DNA of 63,887 bases, filler included, from a bacterium (GTDB taxonomy: Bacteria; JACRDZ01; JAQUKH01): NCBI GenBank assembly GCA_028719205.1. It is 3 parts of 3 records of this genome, joined end to end, with 100 filler letters (N's around TTAATTAATTAA, not from the genome) between each part and the next. Parts side by side here need not be neighbours in the genome. Positions count along the whole stretch, not along the records: positions 26,074 to 49,775 come from JAQUKH010000036.1; 2 more parts are not named here. The stretch is one strand, 5' to 3'. Made by a program: the position numbers and the translations under genes. This document shows positions 29,301 to 38,945 of the stretch, piece by piece. The stretch's first letter is position 1; every line of letters starts with the position of its first letter. Under the pieces are notes generated by a model. That model searched no databases and had not been told where the DNA came from. It was given only the letters and a program-made list of their open reading frames with translations.

Positions 29301-29766
29301 TTTGCTGATGGCTTATATTTTCAATTTTATCCAGATTTTGCTGTTCAACAAAACAGCTATTCAGCAGTGATTCACTATCCAGTCCAATTTCCTGTATTAT
29401 CCTGCTGTTTACCGCAATAGCATTTTCCAGTACTTCTTTTTTGCCATCGGCACAAGTAATATTCAGATAATGATGGTTTTCTCCATCACGACTGCATTTC
29501 CTATTGATAGTCATATATGAATCCTTCAAAGCTACTCCTAGCTCGACTTCTAATTCATCGCTTGAATATGAAATAAGAGAAATATTTCCTCCTTGCCCGA
29601 CTACAAGCCCTCTTCCAAAAAGCGCGAAAAATATTGCCTCAAACAGAGTACTTTTTCCGGATTCATTTTTTCCAATTATCAAAATTGACCCCTTTTCGGG
29701 AAACGTAAGCCTGTCAATATCTAATTGTTTAAATCCTTTAGCTTTTAAGCTTAATATCTTTACCAA
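26359..29766 (-). CDS. Rad50/SbcC-like SMC ATPase with central hydrophobic hairpin
   Basis: Walker A GKNESGKST, Q-loop, long coiled coils, signature FSGG, Walker B FLDEP, ISH. No central CxxC. Confidence 0.88.
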   Translation of the reverse strand: MVKILSLKAKGFKQLDIDRLTFPEKGSILIIGKNESGKSTLFEAIFFALFGRGLVVGQGGNISLISYSSDELEVELGVALKDSYMTINRKCSRDGENHHYLNITCADGKKEVLENAIAVNSRIIQEIGLDSESLLNSCFVEQQNLDKIENISHQQREKAIAKLLNMDAFICLEEKLKEECNSLENDLKLIEKKKELMSILKKLPVITKEKEDLDNYLDFLSLQDEKEILVDRIKQEESEIKYLENDLRDLEKNLNIIDKINLEKKQQDLNSMGEMKNIITQIGKKEGSIKKLSYLTEFIEENTNGIVHKEKMIQELSMVKDELQDKEEAYREIREIKDALEKVLPLIERLLQEKLDLAERKKDIKDWSSKGKNIDLLQNRLKDLKNLKESFKEKYFIEGKILRKNKEKEIIEFKKNEEILLAELKSIRAKTDSFKEKDLLSLWEKISSSFDKKASITKEIHSKEQEIADINYAVEKLETDSKELNKRIYSYILIVVMSFIIVVINIGVIPWYLRIFSGVLGLLLLYRAYLDKKIIMAYSSEISEKLKSIRNIKENLSKLDGRKQDVSEQISDSEAKNELEDLMKKKGVSVPSSLEAGRNRIKEIENAFGGLKKDDIEEKVNQIKENLLEIESHIKHIEEDFVLDEFSGETTPEKIDNDLNIFMEKERAINAQIGELTKKSSFNNDDNVKIESEIVRVEKEIERQIEDSGRITAIESQLAEKNKLYLSHKTELEKMVIAHPVLKTFLPEKDLDLLDISENNEILANVKSKVISLQSTYMPGSLMDTSKNLALLESKIKDHKFLIEGYMKEAQEIVGENVQLDVDTLKKDIEFMKEEKNEYIKKLNTLSEKYKLGNDPEKIIEQMGYIMKEIEKDRSELESKKELNDLKLQKESRLKLEIINKDNSEKRLIFISEKLHGQNIDRTKKAEFLAKKEDLIGTIRFCTLKRDEIRSAGVSLTKKELDKGEDGLNKMRKTSEVMSKAREILVTTRKRIFEDVLPRCELNMARLIPYMTADRYMDVRIDPSDYRLEMFDDQANTYIPKKMFSGGTKDQISLALRLSFALATLPEELGAAPSFIFLDEPISAFDEERRDALVKLLITGELSDAFDQIFIISHFKELEEEFSNKIEMVDGKVKQ

Positions 29767-30941
29767 TCTCTCATCTCCTCAAACCTTTTTGTTATTAATT
29801 TTATTGAATCTTCGATTATTTCTTTTTCATAATCCGTTTTCGCGTTTTTTTTCATTTCAGCCGCTACTCTATAAACCTCTTTTTTCTGGCTTAATCTTCC
29901 CCTGTTCAGCTTAATGCTGTCTCTTTCCATATCATGAATATAAAAACCTTCTCTTGATAATTCAAAGTAAAAATTTAATTTTTCGCCAATATGCCATATA
30001 TTATGAAATTTAATTTTCTGGTACACATCCCTGTTTATATTCCCTGATATTACTAATTTTAACATTTGTTTAGAATCTGAAGCCTTGATCAACTGGTTAA
30101 TTATAAATGTATTAGGGTCATCCTTATTATAAAAACTGTTAAAATCAACACAGACCTCTTCTCTTTTCTGGCAGGTAACTGGAACAAATTCAATATGGGG
30201 TTTTTTATTATTATCGATATCCAGGTAATAAAATCCCGTTTCTTTTTTTTCTGAAAAATCCAGTTTTTCGGTCGCACCCGGTAAAACAAATATTTTTTCA
30301 TTATGATAAAAATTATTCGCGGATTGAATATGTCCGGAAAATATATAATTAAAAGGATAATCATTGAAAAAATCCAAAGGTATTACAGGTTCATTTGCCT
30401 TTGGAGAGATATAACCTTCCAATCCGTAATGCATTAATAAAATATTTATTTTTACGCCATTTCCTGAATAATTGGATAAAGCTGTTTTCAAAGGATTAAT
30501 ATCACGGCACAAAATCGAATTAGTTGTCAGACCTGCGATATTTATTTCAATACCTTTAATATTAAGTTTTATATTTTCTACAATATCCTGTTTGTAAAAT
30601 ATGCTGACATTTTCCTGACGCGCAAAGATCAACTGCGGTATGATCCCGCTTCCTTTGGGAGTATCATTTGTTCCGCCGATAAAAAACGCTTTAATTCCGG
30701 CTTTTTTCAGATCATTCAATCCTTCAGCGACAGTTAACAAAGCATCGTTCCGGGGATTAGGCATGTCAAACAGGTTCCCCACATTAATATAAAGGTCCAC
30801 CTTATTTTCCAAAGCGTAGTCTATTGTTTTCCTGAAATTATCTTTTAATTTCTTACGCCTTTGCTCGACTTGAAACGGCCTCATTCTCGAAGAGTAAGCA
30901 TTTAAATGATTATCGCCTGTTAAAACTATTTTTATTCCCAT
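29760..30941 (-). CDS. Mre11/SbcD-like metallophosphoesterase with degenerate active site
   Basis: Motifs DNH, GNLFD, GTND, H, GHIQ and PGATEKLDFSE; overlaps the SMC gene start. Confidence 0.85.
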   Translation of the reverse strand: MGIKIVLTGDNHLNAYSSRMRPFQVEQRRKKLKDNFRKTIDYALENKVDLYINVGNLFDMPNPRNDALLTVAEGLNDLKKAGIKAFFIGGTNDTPKGSGIIPQLIFARQENVSIFYKQDIVENIKLNIKGIEINIAGLTTNSILCRDINPLKTALSNYSGNGVKINILLMHYGLEGYISPKANEPVIPLDFFNDYPFNYIFSGHIQSANNFYHNEKIFVLPGATEKLDFSEKKETGFYYLDIDNNKKPHIEFVPVTCQKREEVCVDFNSFYNKDDPNTFIINQLIKASDSKQMLKLVISGNINRDVYQKIKFHNIWHIGEKLNFYFELSREGFYIHDMERDSIKLNRGRLSQKKEVYRVAAEMKKNAKTDYEKEIIEDSIKLITKRFEEMRDW

Positions 30942-30960
30942 AATATTTGTTCATTCCTTA

Positions 30961-33900
30961 TCATTTTTTCCCAAATGGCCATATGATCTTAAAAACCCCT
31001 TCAATAACACTGATGCCTGCCCGGACAGTTTCACGCAAAACTTTGCCGCCCATTAAAACCGTTGTTTCAATTGTTTTTTTGCCAAAATTTAGAGTAGTTT
31101 CTAAAGTCTTTCCGGCGGCATTTTCCAGAAATTCCATGCTATTTTGCAGTCCTATCTTAATAACTACCGCTGTAATCAATCCCCAATCGCCCTTTATCTC
31201 GGGATTTTCTATCTTTCCCGTTATTTTTAGATTCAGACTGACTTTTTCATTTTTATCCCTGAGAGAATAAAATTTTTTAATGATATTTTGTCCTTCAGGG
31301 GTATCTGCTAATATCATTTTTACTTCAGGATAATATATTTCACCTGCCAAACTCAGGTCCAGGATCGGTTCAGTGGTAATTTTGTCAATTTTACCGGATA
31401 AATCCAACCGGGAATTGTTCCAGACAAAACTTAATGTGTCAAAATCAACACTATCTTCCTTTTTAACAATATTAAAAACTACTTTACTATCCAAACCTTC
31501 AGGCTTAGCAATAATATTCTTATATGAAAAATAATTATCCTTTAGATCGATATCTCCCTGAAAATTAAATATTTTACCATAATTTTCAATTTTTAAGTTA
31601 ATTTTACCGGCACCGGCTACATTTAAATCCTCTAATTCTCCGGCCATTTTAGGGGAAAAATACGAAATGATCCCTTTAATGAGCAGTTTATCACAATTTG
31701 CATCCAAATTTATATGTAAGTTATCATTTTGTTTTTTGATATTTCCTTTTACTTTAAACACAGACTGATCAATTGTATATTGGCCTGAATCAATATAAAT
31801 AATATCTTCACCCTCAGTCGTTAACCATACAAAGTTATCTGTTGAAGCGTTTGTTCTATAAGTATGGCCCTTATAAGAAATATCAATGTTATATAAATTA
31901 ATTTTTCCTTTTATTTTTTGCAGGTTTTTTTCTTTATATAAATTTGTTTCACCTTTTAATAAGCCCTTGATTTTTATATCTTTAAGCCATCCAAATGATG
32001 GTAAATATCCTGTTAACGAACTTCCGTTAAAATCATTTACTCCCCATGTTAAAATTAATTTTTTATTTTCTGAGTTGAAGTTTTCAAGTTTACCGGCTCC
32101 GTTTATTTCAAAATTATTTAACGATACATCTATATTATTGATAATAAAATTATTCTGGCCAAACGAAAAATCAAAATTAATTTCATGGTCGACATTTTTT
32201 GGTTTTCGCAGTAATTCTTTCCAGCGTGTTTCTGATTTATCAAGGTTTAATACTCCTTTGAGGTTTAAAAATTTCTTTTGCCCCGTAATATTGATTTTAA
32301 CGCCAGACATACCTGATAATTTGTAATCCTCAAAGCCCTGTATATAGTTCGGAGTTAATTCACCCCAATAAAAAGAATCAGAAATAACCATTAAATCATA
32401 TTGAGGCTGTTCTTTGTCGTAATCCACTATCTCTCCGCTAAGTGTATATTTACTTTTTAGTGAATTCAATTGTAAATTATCAATAATAAATGTATTTCCT
32501 TTCCACGTTATATCAAACAGCAAATTACCGGGAATTCCTGTATTTTTAGTAATAAAATTCCCGTACTTTAATTTTGAACCCTGAACATCCGCAATTCCTT
32601 TCAAATTTAATTTGTCACTCGTGGAATTCAAATTAAATTTTGTACTGCAATAACCATCCGGTTCGAAACTTTCTTCTTTAAACAAATTAGAAATTTTACG
32701 CACATCATCAAACACTAATTTTTTGAAATCAAGTTCCATACTTAAACCATCTGAATTTTGCGGATATATTTCAATTACTTTTGTCCTCACTTCTGATTCT
32801 CCGAAAGTCAATACGGGCTCCGAAATTAATATTTTATCCTTTTCAGGAACCAGATCAAAATTTATTTTACTTTCCATTCCATAAGGCTTATTAAATAATT
32901 TCGCGTACTGCCACATTAATGGAGTTCCATTAATACTGACAGAGTATATTGTTTTAGAAAGCTCATTATTAAATATTCTTACATTTAATTTATTGGTTAC
33001 CCCAAAAAGCCTTATTTCTTTAGGCCAGGGAGGTAAAAATGCTATAAGGTCTTCAACCCGTCCCTGCCTTAATGTTATATTTAAATCCATTTTAGGTTCA
33101 TTATCCAAAAGATTATTGATTTCTCCTTTACCGTCAACAACTAATGAATTTGATTTAACCTTAAAATCTCCCCATATTTTTACATTTTTCTCATAATTTA
33201 TATCGAAAATCAGGCCGCACATTTTATTTTTTGGTTTATATAAAACCTTTCCCCAATCCAGTTCAGCTTTTTCGAGATTAGCTTCACCAACATATTTGAA
33301 ATTATCTCCATCCACATAAAGCCTAAAAGCAAGCCTGCCATTTCCTGTAATATTAAGGTCTTTTTTTAATCCTCCCTTTAGAATATACCTCTCTTTACCC
33401 ATAAGATAATTTAAATTGTCCAGATCAATTAATAGTTCATATCTATCCCTATTTTCAACAGCGGGCCAGATCTTACCGGAAGCCTTAATGGATGAGCATT
33501 CATTTATAACCCCTGAAATATCTTCCAACACAACAATATTGGGGCTTGATGTAAAAGCCACTCTTCCGTTAACGGCGTGAACCGGTTTTTGGCCTTCAAA
33601 ATATATAAAATCAAAATTCTGGAATTTTATATCTCCCTTGTTGCGGTAGGAATCATTATTCCCTGTCAAATTCAGGGATATTTCCGTAACAATACCGTTT
33701 AAAACCGGATAATTAAAATATTGTTTATAATATGGATTAAATTTCAGCGCGTCCAATTGTTTCCCGTTGAAATGAATTTTATAACTATTTGTTTCATTTT
33801 CCACAGAGCCTAAAATTTTAAGCTCTCCTTTTGTATTTTTTATTGAAGCGCTTATTTCATAACTGATTTTTTCGCCCAGATCGAAATATCCTTTTACATT

Positions 33901-34410
33901 ATTTAAATCGGTAACAACCCTTTCCGCCGCTTTGGGTGCTGCCCTATCGTCTATTATTCTTATCTCCCCATTTTCAATAAAAATCTTTTTCAATTCAATT
34001 TTTATTTTTCCTTTTTGATCAATTTTATCGTTTTCAGTGTAAATCGGCGATATCCATTTACCATCAGGCTGGTGATAAACAGTAGTTTGAGGCTTGATCA
34101 TTCTAATTTGTTCAATAATAAATTCTTTATTTATTAATGGTTTTAATGAAAAATAAATATAAATTTTATTGCATGTAAATATCTCAGTATTATTTTCATC
34201 TTTTATCTTTACGCCGTACATTTTTATACCATAAAATCCCAAACTAATTCCTGATATTTCTATTTTTTTATGCAGATATGTTTCCACGGAGGGAAGAATA
34301 TGCTTTAAAACAACTTTATCAAGATACACATTAATTGTAATAACACTTGATATGATAATCAGCAGGATAATAAAAGTTATAGAAAAAGGGGGTTTTTTAT
34401 TTTTTGACAT
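30961..34410 (-). CDS. AsmA/DUF748-like large periplasmic beta-rich protein
   Basis: N-terminal TM helix, AsmA-like N-domain, repeated beta-strand modules, and C-terminal L.ITG.IENP followed by helices. Confidence 0.7.
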   Translation of the reverse strand: MSKNKKPPFSITFIILLIIISSVITINVYLDKVVLKHILPSVETYLHKKIEISGISLGFYGIKMYGVKIKDENNTEIFTCNKIYIYFSLKPLINKEFIIEQIRMIKPQTTVYHQPDGKWISPIYTENDKIDQKGKIKIELKKIFIENGEIRIIDDRAAPKAAERVVTDLNNVKGYFDLGEKISYEISASIKNTKGELKILGSVENETNSYKIHFNGKQLDALKFNPYYKQYFNYPVLNGIVTEISLNLTGNNDSYRNKGDIKFQNFDFIYFEGQKPVHAVNGRVAFTSSPNIVVLEDISGVINECSSIKASGKIWPAVENRDRYELLIDLDNLNYLMGKERYILKGGLKKDLNITGNGRLAFRLYVDGDNFKYVGEANLEKAELDWGKVLYKPKNKMCGLIFDINYEKNVKIWGDFKVKSNSLVVDGKGEINNLLDNEPKMDLNITLRQGRVEDLIAFLPPWPKEIRLFGVTNKLNVRIFNNELSKTIYSVSINGTPLMWQYAKLFNKPYGMESKINFDLVPEKDKILISEPVLTFGESEVRTKVIEIYPQNSDGLSMELDFKKLVFDDVRKISNLFKEESFEPDGYCSTKFNLNSTSDKLNLKGIADVQGSKLKYGNFITKNTGIPGNLLFDITWKGNTFIIDNLQLNSLKSKYTLSGEIVDYDKEQPQYDLMVISDSFYWGELTPNYIQGFEDYKLSGMSGVKINITGQKKFLNLKGVLNLDKSETRWKELLRKPKNVDHEINFDFSFGQNNFIINNIDVSLNNFEINGAGKLENFNSENKKLILTWGVNDFNGSSLTGYLPSFGWLKDIKIKGLLKGETNLYKEKNLQKIKGKINLYNIDISYKGHTYRTNASTDNFVWLTTEGEDIIYIDSGQYTIDQSVFKVKGNIKKQNDNLHINLDANCDKLLIKGIISYFSPKMAGELEDLNVAGAGKINLKIENYGKIFNFQGDIDLKDNYFSYKNIIAKPEGLDSKVVFNIVKKEDSVDFDTLSFVWNNSRLDLSGKIDKITTEPILDLSLAGEIYYPEVKMILADTPEGQNIIKKFYSLRDKNEKVSLNLKITGKIENPEIKGDWGLITAVVIKIGLQNSMEFLENAAGKTLETTLNFGKKTIETTVLMGGKVLRETVRAGISVIEGVFKIIWPFGKK

Positions 34411-34411
34411 T

Positions 34412-35110
34412 CTATTTCTTCATAAGTTCATTTAATTTATTTCCCATTTGAAATAATAAGGAAACAATAAGAAAATATATTTCTTTTGATTTATAATAAG
34501 ATATTTTTATAAAATCTATATATTTAATCTCTAATGGAAATATCATTTTTATGATAAGCATTATTATTAGAATATTTACAACATAAATAAAACTGAGAGA
34601 AAACACATATCCAATTTCATGGACATCGGATTGCTTTTGACGAAGCGCGAAAAAATTCAGGGCTAAATGAAAAGCTAAGGTAAAACCAATAAGGAATAAA
34701 AAAACAGCAAAATACTTTTCGACATAGAACATAAATGAAAAAAGCCAATAAAACAAAAAAATTAGAAAAGTATAAAACGGGAAAAAATATGGGGCTAGAT
34801 TAATCAAAAAATTTGATTTAGTAACAACAACACTACCCCCTTTTGAGGTAGCCTTCAATGATTTTACACTTCCTCCAAACATAAATGCCCAAATTGCGTG
34901 TGTAAGTTCATGCCCGAATACATACATCGTCAGAGGCTTGTATAGCAAAATATGTATTAGAAAATATCCTCCAAAACCACCTAAAAAATAATAGTGTTCC
35001 TGTGTCAATAACGTTACACCGGATACAATCTTTACAAAAGCAAAAGTAAGCCCGATTCCAAACGGGATAAGCATTAATCCTATTATAAAGAAAATAATTG
35101 AAATTATCAT
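34412..35110 (-). CDS. M50B-like intramembrane metallopeptidase
   Basis: Multi-TM protein with FGHELTH (HExxH) and NLAPYFFP. Confidence 0.65.
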   Translation of the reverse strand: MIISIIFFIIGLMLIPFGIGLTFAFVKIVSGVTLLTQEHYYFLGGFGGYFLIHILLYKPLTMYVFGHELTHAIWAFMFGGSVKSLKATSKGGSVVVTKSNFLINLAPYFFPFYTFLIFLFYWLFSFMFYVEKYFAVFLFLIGFTLAFHLALNFFALRQKQSDVHEIGYVFSLSFIYVVNILIIMLIIKMIFPLEIKYIDFIKISYYKSKEIYFLIVSLLFQMGNKLNELMKK

Positions 35111-35146
35111 TGTATTATAGACTTTTTCGGCAGGAAATGCAATTAC

Positions 35147-35175
35147 TTGACATTTTTAAGATTTTATGGTGTAAT
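35147..35175 (+). promoter_or_regulatory. Putative sigma70 promoter of iscS
   Basis: TTGACA-17 nt-TGTAAT. Confidence 0.55.
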
Positions 35176-35199
35176 TGCATGAAAATTTAGGAATTATAT

Positions 35200-36366
35200 A
35201 TGAAATTTGTTTATTTAGATCATAACGCAACATCGCCAACAAGGGCTGAAGCTGTAAAAGAAATGATGCCATATTTTACAAAGATATATGGTAATGCTTC
35301 AAGTATCCATTCTTTCGGGAGAGACGCAAAAAGGGCTTTGGAAGAATCCAGAACTAAAGTCGCAGTTTCGCTTGGGGTTTTAGATCCTAAAGAAATAATT
35401 TTTACCAGCGGAGGAACTGAATCCGATAACCTTGCAATTAAAGGTGTAGCCTATAAAAATCAAAAAAAGGGAAATCATATAATTACTACCCAAATAGAAC
35501 ATCACGCGGTTTTAAATTGCTGTAAATTTTTGGAAAAAGACGGATTTGAAACCACTTATCTGCCGGTAAATGAGTTTGGTGAAGTTGATCCGGACAATTT
35601 AAAAAAATCTATTAGAAAAAACACTATACTCATCTCAATAATGCACGCTAATAATGAAATAGGAACTATTGAGCCTATTTCTGAAATTGGAAAAATAGCA
35701 AAAGAAAATGGAGTTCTTTTCCATACTGACGCGGTACAAAGCATCGGTAAAATTCCTGTAAATTTAAATGAAATGAATATAGATCTTTTGTCTTTATCAG
35801 GACATAAATTTTACGGGCCAAAAGGTGTCGGAGCGTTGTATATCCGCAAAGGAACCAATATTGGGGCTCTACAACATGGCGGCCATCATGAAAAAAATCA
35901 TAGAGCGGGCACTGAAAATATCCCAGGAATTGTCGGCCTTGCAAAAGCGCTTGAACTTAATATTAATGAAATCCAATCAGAAAACCAAAGGCTTACCTCT
36001 CTGCGGGAGAAATTATGGAAGGGATTATCGGATAGTATCCCTGAAATAGTCCGCAATGGATCTGTTAAAAATTGCCTCCCTAATACATTAAATATTTGCA
36101 TTAAATATATTGAAGGCGAATCCATGCTTCTTTCTTTAGATAACGTGGGCATTGCTATTTCAACAGGATCCGCGTGTACTTCTGCGAGCCTGGAGCCTTC
36201 TCATGTATTGCTCGCCATTGGACGTTCGCCTGAAATGGCTCATGGCTCGATAAGATTTTCTTCAGGTAAATATACCACGGATGAAGATATAAATTACGTG
36301 ATAGATAATTTACCTCCTATTGTAGACCGATTGCGAAAAATGTCACCGCTGTATGTACATAAGTAG
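35200..36366 (+). CDS. iscS: Cysteine desulfurase (IscS/NifS)
   Basis: YLDHNAT, FTSGGTESDN, SGHKFYGPKG and STGSACTS. Confidence 0.93.
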   Translation: MKFVYLDHNATSPTRAEAVKEMMPYFTKIYGNASSIHSFGRDAKRALEESRTKVAVSLGVLDPKEIIFTSGGTESDNLAIKGVAYKNQKKGNHIITTQIEHHAVLNCCKFLEKDGFETTYLPVNEFGEVDPDNLKKSIRKNTILISIMHANNEIGTIEPISEIGKIAKENGVLFHTDAVQSIGKIPVNLNEMNIDLLSLSGHKFYGPKGVGALYIRKGTNIGALQHGGHHEKNHRAGTENIPGIVGLAKALELNINEIQSENQRLTSLREKLWKGLSDSIPEIVRNGSVKNCLPNTLNICIKYIEGESMLLSLDNVGIAISTGSACTSASLEPSHVLLAIGRSPEMAHGSIRFSSGKYTTDEDINYVIDNLPPIVDRLRKMSPLYVHK

Positions 36367-36384
36367 TATAACGGAAGGAGAAAA

Positions 36385-36807
36385 ATGGTTTCACATCGTA
36401 TTGTCCTGATTTTTTCCAAAGATATAGTTGATAAACCTTATACTTATCATTTGGTTAAGGATTACAATCTGTTGGTCAATATACTTAGAGCAAAAATATC
36501 TCCTGAAGAAGAAGGCCTTTTAGTCCTGGAAGTTGAAGGTAAAAGAACTGATTTTGAAAACGGAATGAAATATTTAAAAGAATATGGCGTTAAAATATTA
36601 CCGCTTGTAAAAGAAATAAAACGTGATAAAGACCGCTGTTACAATTGCGGCGCATGCACTGCGGTATGTCCCAGCGGCGCGCTGCATATTAATAAAAGCA
36701 ACTGGTTTGTAGATTTTGATGAAAAAAAATGTGTTTTATGCGAGGCTTGTGTAAAAGGCTGCCCTACCAGATCAATAAAAATATTATTCCCGGACTTTGT
36801 GAATTAA
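36385..36807 (+). CDS. NIL domain plus 2x[4Fe-4S] ferredoxin
   Basis: NILRA motif and two CxxCxxCxxxCP motifs. Confidence 0.88.
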   Translation: MVSHRIVLIFSKDIVDKPYTYHLVKDYNLLVNILRAKISPEEEGLLVLEVEGKRTDFENGMKYLKEYGVKILPLVKEIKRDKDRCYNCGACTAVCPSGALHINKSNWFVDFDEKKCVLCEACVKGCPTRSIKILFPDFVN

Positions 36808-38915
36808 TACTTATAACTCCTTTCGGCATGGCATGCTCCGCTGCATTTACCGCCTTGGGAATCCTTAATAAAATTTATCTTGATCTTGATCTTTGTTTGA
36901 TCTTCCCTGATCAACGATTGTTGATTCGATGAATGAGAATCATGGCAAGTACTGCAATTTCTTCCCCGTTTATTGTTTACATGGATAAAATGCAGATTTT
37001 TATCTCCATCGCGGAATTTTGTCTCACTATTCTTATCCGGCCGGCTGATCACGGCATTTTCCGCAAACTTGCGATTGTGGCATTCGAAACAAAGATTATA
37101 AGCATTCTCATTATAGACAACATAAGTATCTACCGGGAAGGCTGCTTTTAATAAAAATGGATATTGAGAATTGTGTGATTGATGACAATCAATACAGCCA
37201 TTCCTATCTAAAGGCTGATGCACATATTTCTTTTTTAAGATATCTTTTGTATTTTGATGGCATAGAACACACAACTTCTCTTTTTCTTCCTTAAGCTGAT
37301 ATTTATAATCCGACTCATGAGAAGTATGGCACCCAGTACATTCATTTTTCTTTATCGGCGCATGTATATAAGCGGATTTTTCAATCCTTTCATGGCATAA
37401 ATAACAAACTTCCGCGCCATCTTTTATCAGTAAATTCTTATTACTTGAACTATGCGGTTGATGGCAAACTGAGCATTGCCCTTCAGCCAGCGGCCCATGC
37501 GTATATTTTTTCGCAAGCTTAGCGCCATGGCATGTTTTACAAAGTTTTATTTCTACTCCCTGCAATAAATATTTATTTTCTGAGTTATGAGGTTCATGGC
37601 ATATTACACAATTTCCATTACTTATCGGTTTATGAACATAGGCTTCCTTTTTTTGTAATTCAATAAATTCTTTATGACAAATTTCACACAATTCCACATC
37701 TTTTTTTATCAAAAGATTTTTATTATCTGAACTATGCGGAAAATGGCAAATAATACAATCCTCATTTCCCAGTGGCCCATGGAGATAACTTTTATCGGTC
37801 ATCTTTTGCAGGTGACATCCAAAACACAGTGAGCTTTTTGCTACATTGATTCCATTGACTCCGATGCTGGTATTAACAGTATGACAGGTTGCACAAAAAT
37901 CCTTATCTTTACTCGGATGTAAATTTGATTTTTGGAATTGATCTTTTAGGTCAGCGTGACAATCTAAACACTTCTTATTCATCTGATCAGGATGAAATTT
38001 GGTTGAAAATATTTGTATTCTATTGTTTTTATTATCAACAACATATATATTCTCATCCTTATCTACAAATATTTTTTTGGGGGATAAAAAATTGCCTGAT
38101 TTTTTCCCTATTTTCCCGAATTTAAAAAGAAAACGACCCGATTGATCAAAAACCTGAATTCTATTATTATTCTCATCACAAACATAAATCAGGTCTCTGG
38201 GACTAACCATTATACCTATCGGTTCAGAAAAGTCTCCTATCTGAGAACCCGGCTGGCCGAATCTGGAAATAAAACGGCCTCTTTCATCAAATATTTGTAT
38301 ACGATTATTTCCGGAATCAGCTACATATACCTTTTTATTATATAATGCTATATCTTTAGGATTATAAAACTCTCCGTTCCTGCTGCCTTTTGAACCAAAA
38401 GTAAAAAGGTATTCACCCTCAGGATTAAAGATCTGTATTCGATTATTCCAGGTATCTACAACGTAAACATTATCTTTTTTATCAAGTTCAAGGGCAAATG
38501 GCATAATAAACTCACCCTTACCATCGCCCTTTTCTCCAAATTGAGAAACGTATTTACCTCGCATATCAAAAATAAGAATTCTATGCTGGCCTATATCGCT
38601 AACATAAATTTTGTTATTTTTACCTATCGCGATATCCCATGGAAGAGATAATTTGCCTCTTCCCATTCCCCTTTCTCCGAATTCGCTTAATAATTTCCCG
38701 TTATTTTTATTAAAAATCTGAATTTTGCCAATAAGTGTATTAGTAACGAATACCTTATCCTCACTAACCGCCACTCCAACCGGGGAATTTAAATCATTAA
38801 TATTTTTGGGGATTATATTTATTATATCTGATGTGTTTTCTGAAAAAAGACTGTGCCATGATAAAATAACAAGGAAAGAAACCAACAAAAAAACCAGCCT
38901 GTTTTTGTTTAACAT
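36804..38915 (-). CDS. Exported NHL beta-propeller fused to a multiheme cytochrome c
   Basis: Signal peptide, six NHL repeats, 14 CxxCH motifs plus terminal CSGACH. Confidence 0.9.
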   Translation of the reverse strand: MLNKNRLVFLLVSFLVILSWHSLFSENTSDIINIIPKNINDLNSPVGVAVSEDKVFVTNTLIGKIQIFNKNNGKLLSEFGERGMGRGKLSLPWDIAIGKNNKIYVSDIGQHRILIFDMRGKYVSQFGEKGDGKGEFIMPFALELDKKDNVYVVDTWNNRIQIFNPEGEYLFTFGSKGSRNGEFYNPKDIALYNKKVYVADSGNNRIQIFDERGRFISRFGQPGSQIGDFSEPIGIMVSPRDLIYVCDENNNRIQVFDQSGRFLFKFGKIGKKSGNFLSPKKIFVDKDENIYVVDNKNNRIQIFSTKFHPDQMNKKCLDCHADLKDQFQKSNLHPSKDKDFCATCHTVNTSIGVNGINVAKSSLCFGCHLQKMTDKSYLHGPLGNEDCIICHFPHSSDNKNLLIKKDVELCEICHKEFIELQKKEAYVHKPISNGNCVICHEPHNSENKYLLQGVEIKLCKTCHGAKLAKKYTHGPLAEGQCSVCHQPHSSSNKNLLIKDGAEVCYLCHERIEKSAYIHAPIKKNECTGCHTSHESDYKYQLKEEKEKLCVLCHQNTKDILKKKYVHQPLDRNGCIDCHQSHNSQYPFLLKAAFPVDTYVVYNENAYNLCFECHNRKFAENAVISRPDKNSETKFRDGDKNLHFIHVNNKRGRNCSTCHDSHSSNQQSLIREDQTKIKIKINFIKDSQGGKCSGACHAERSYKY

Positions 38916-38945
38916 TATTGATCCTTTACTTCAAAAAGCGCTGAA

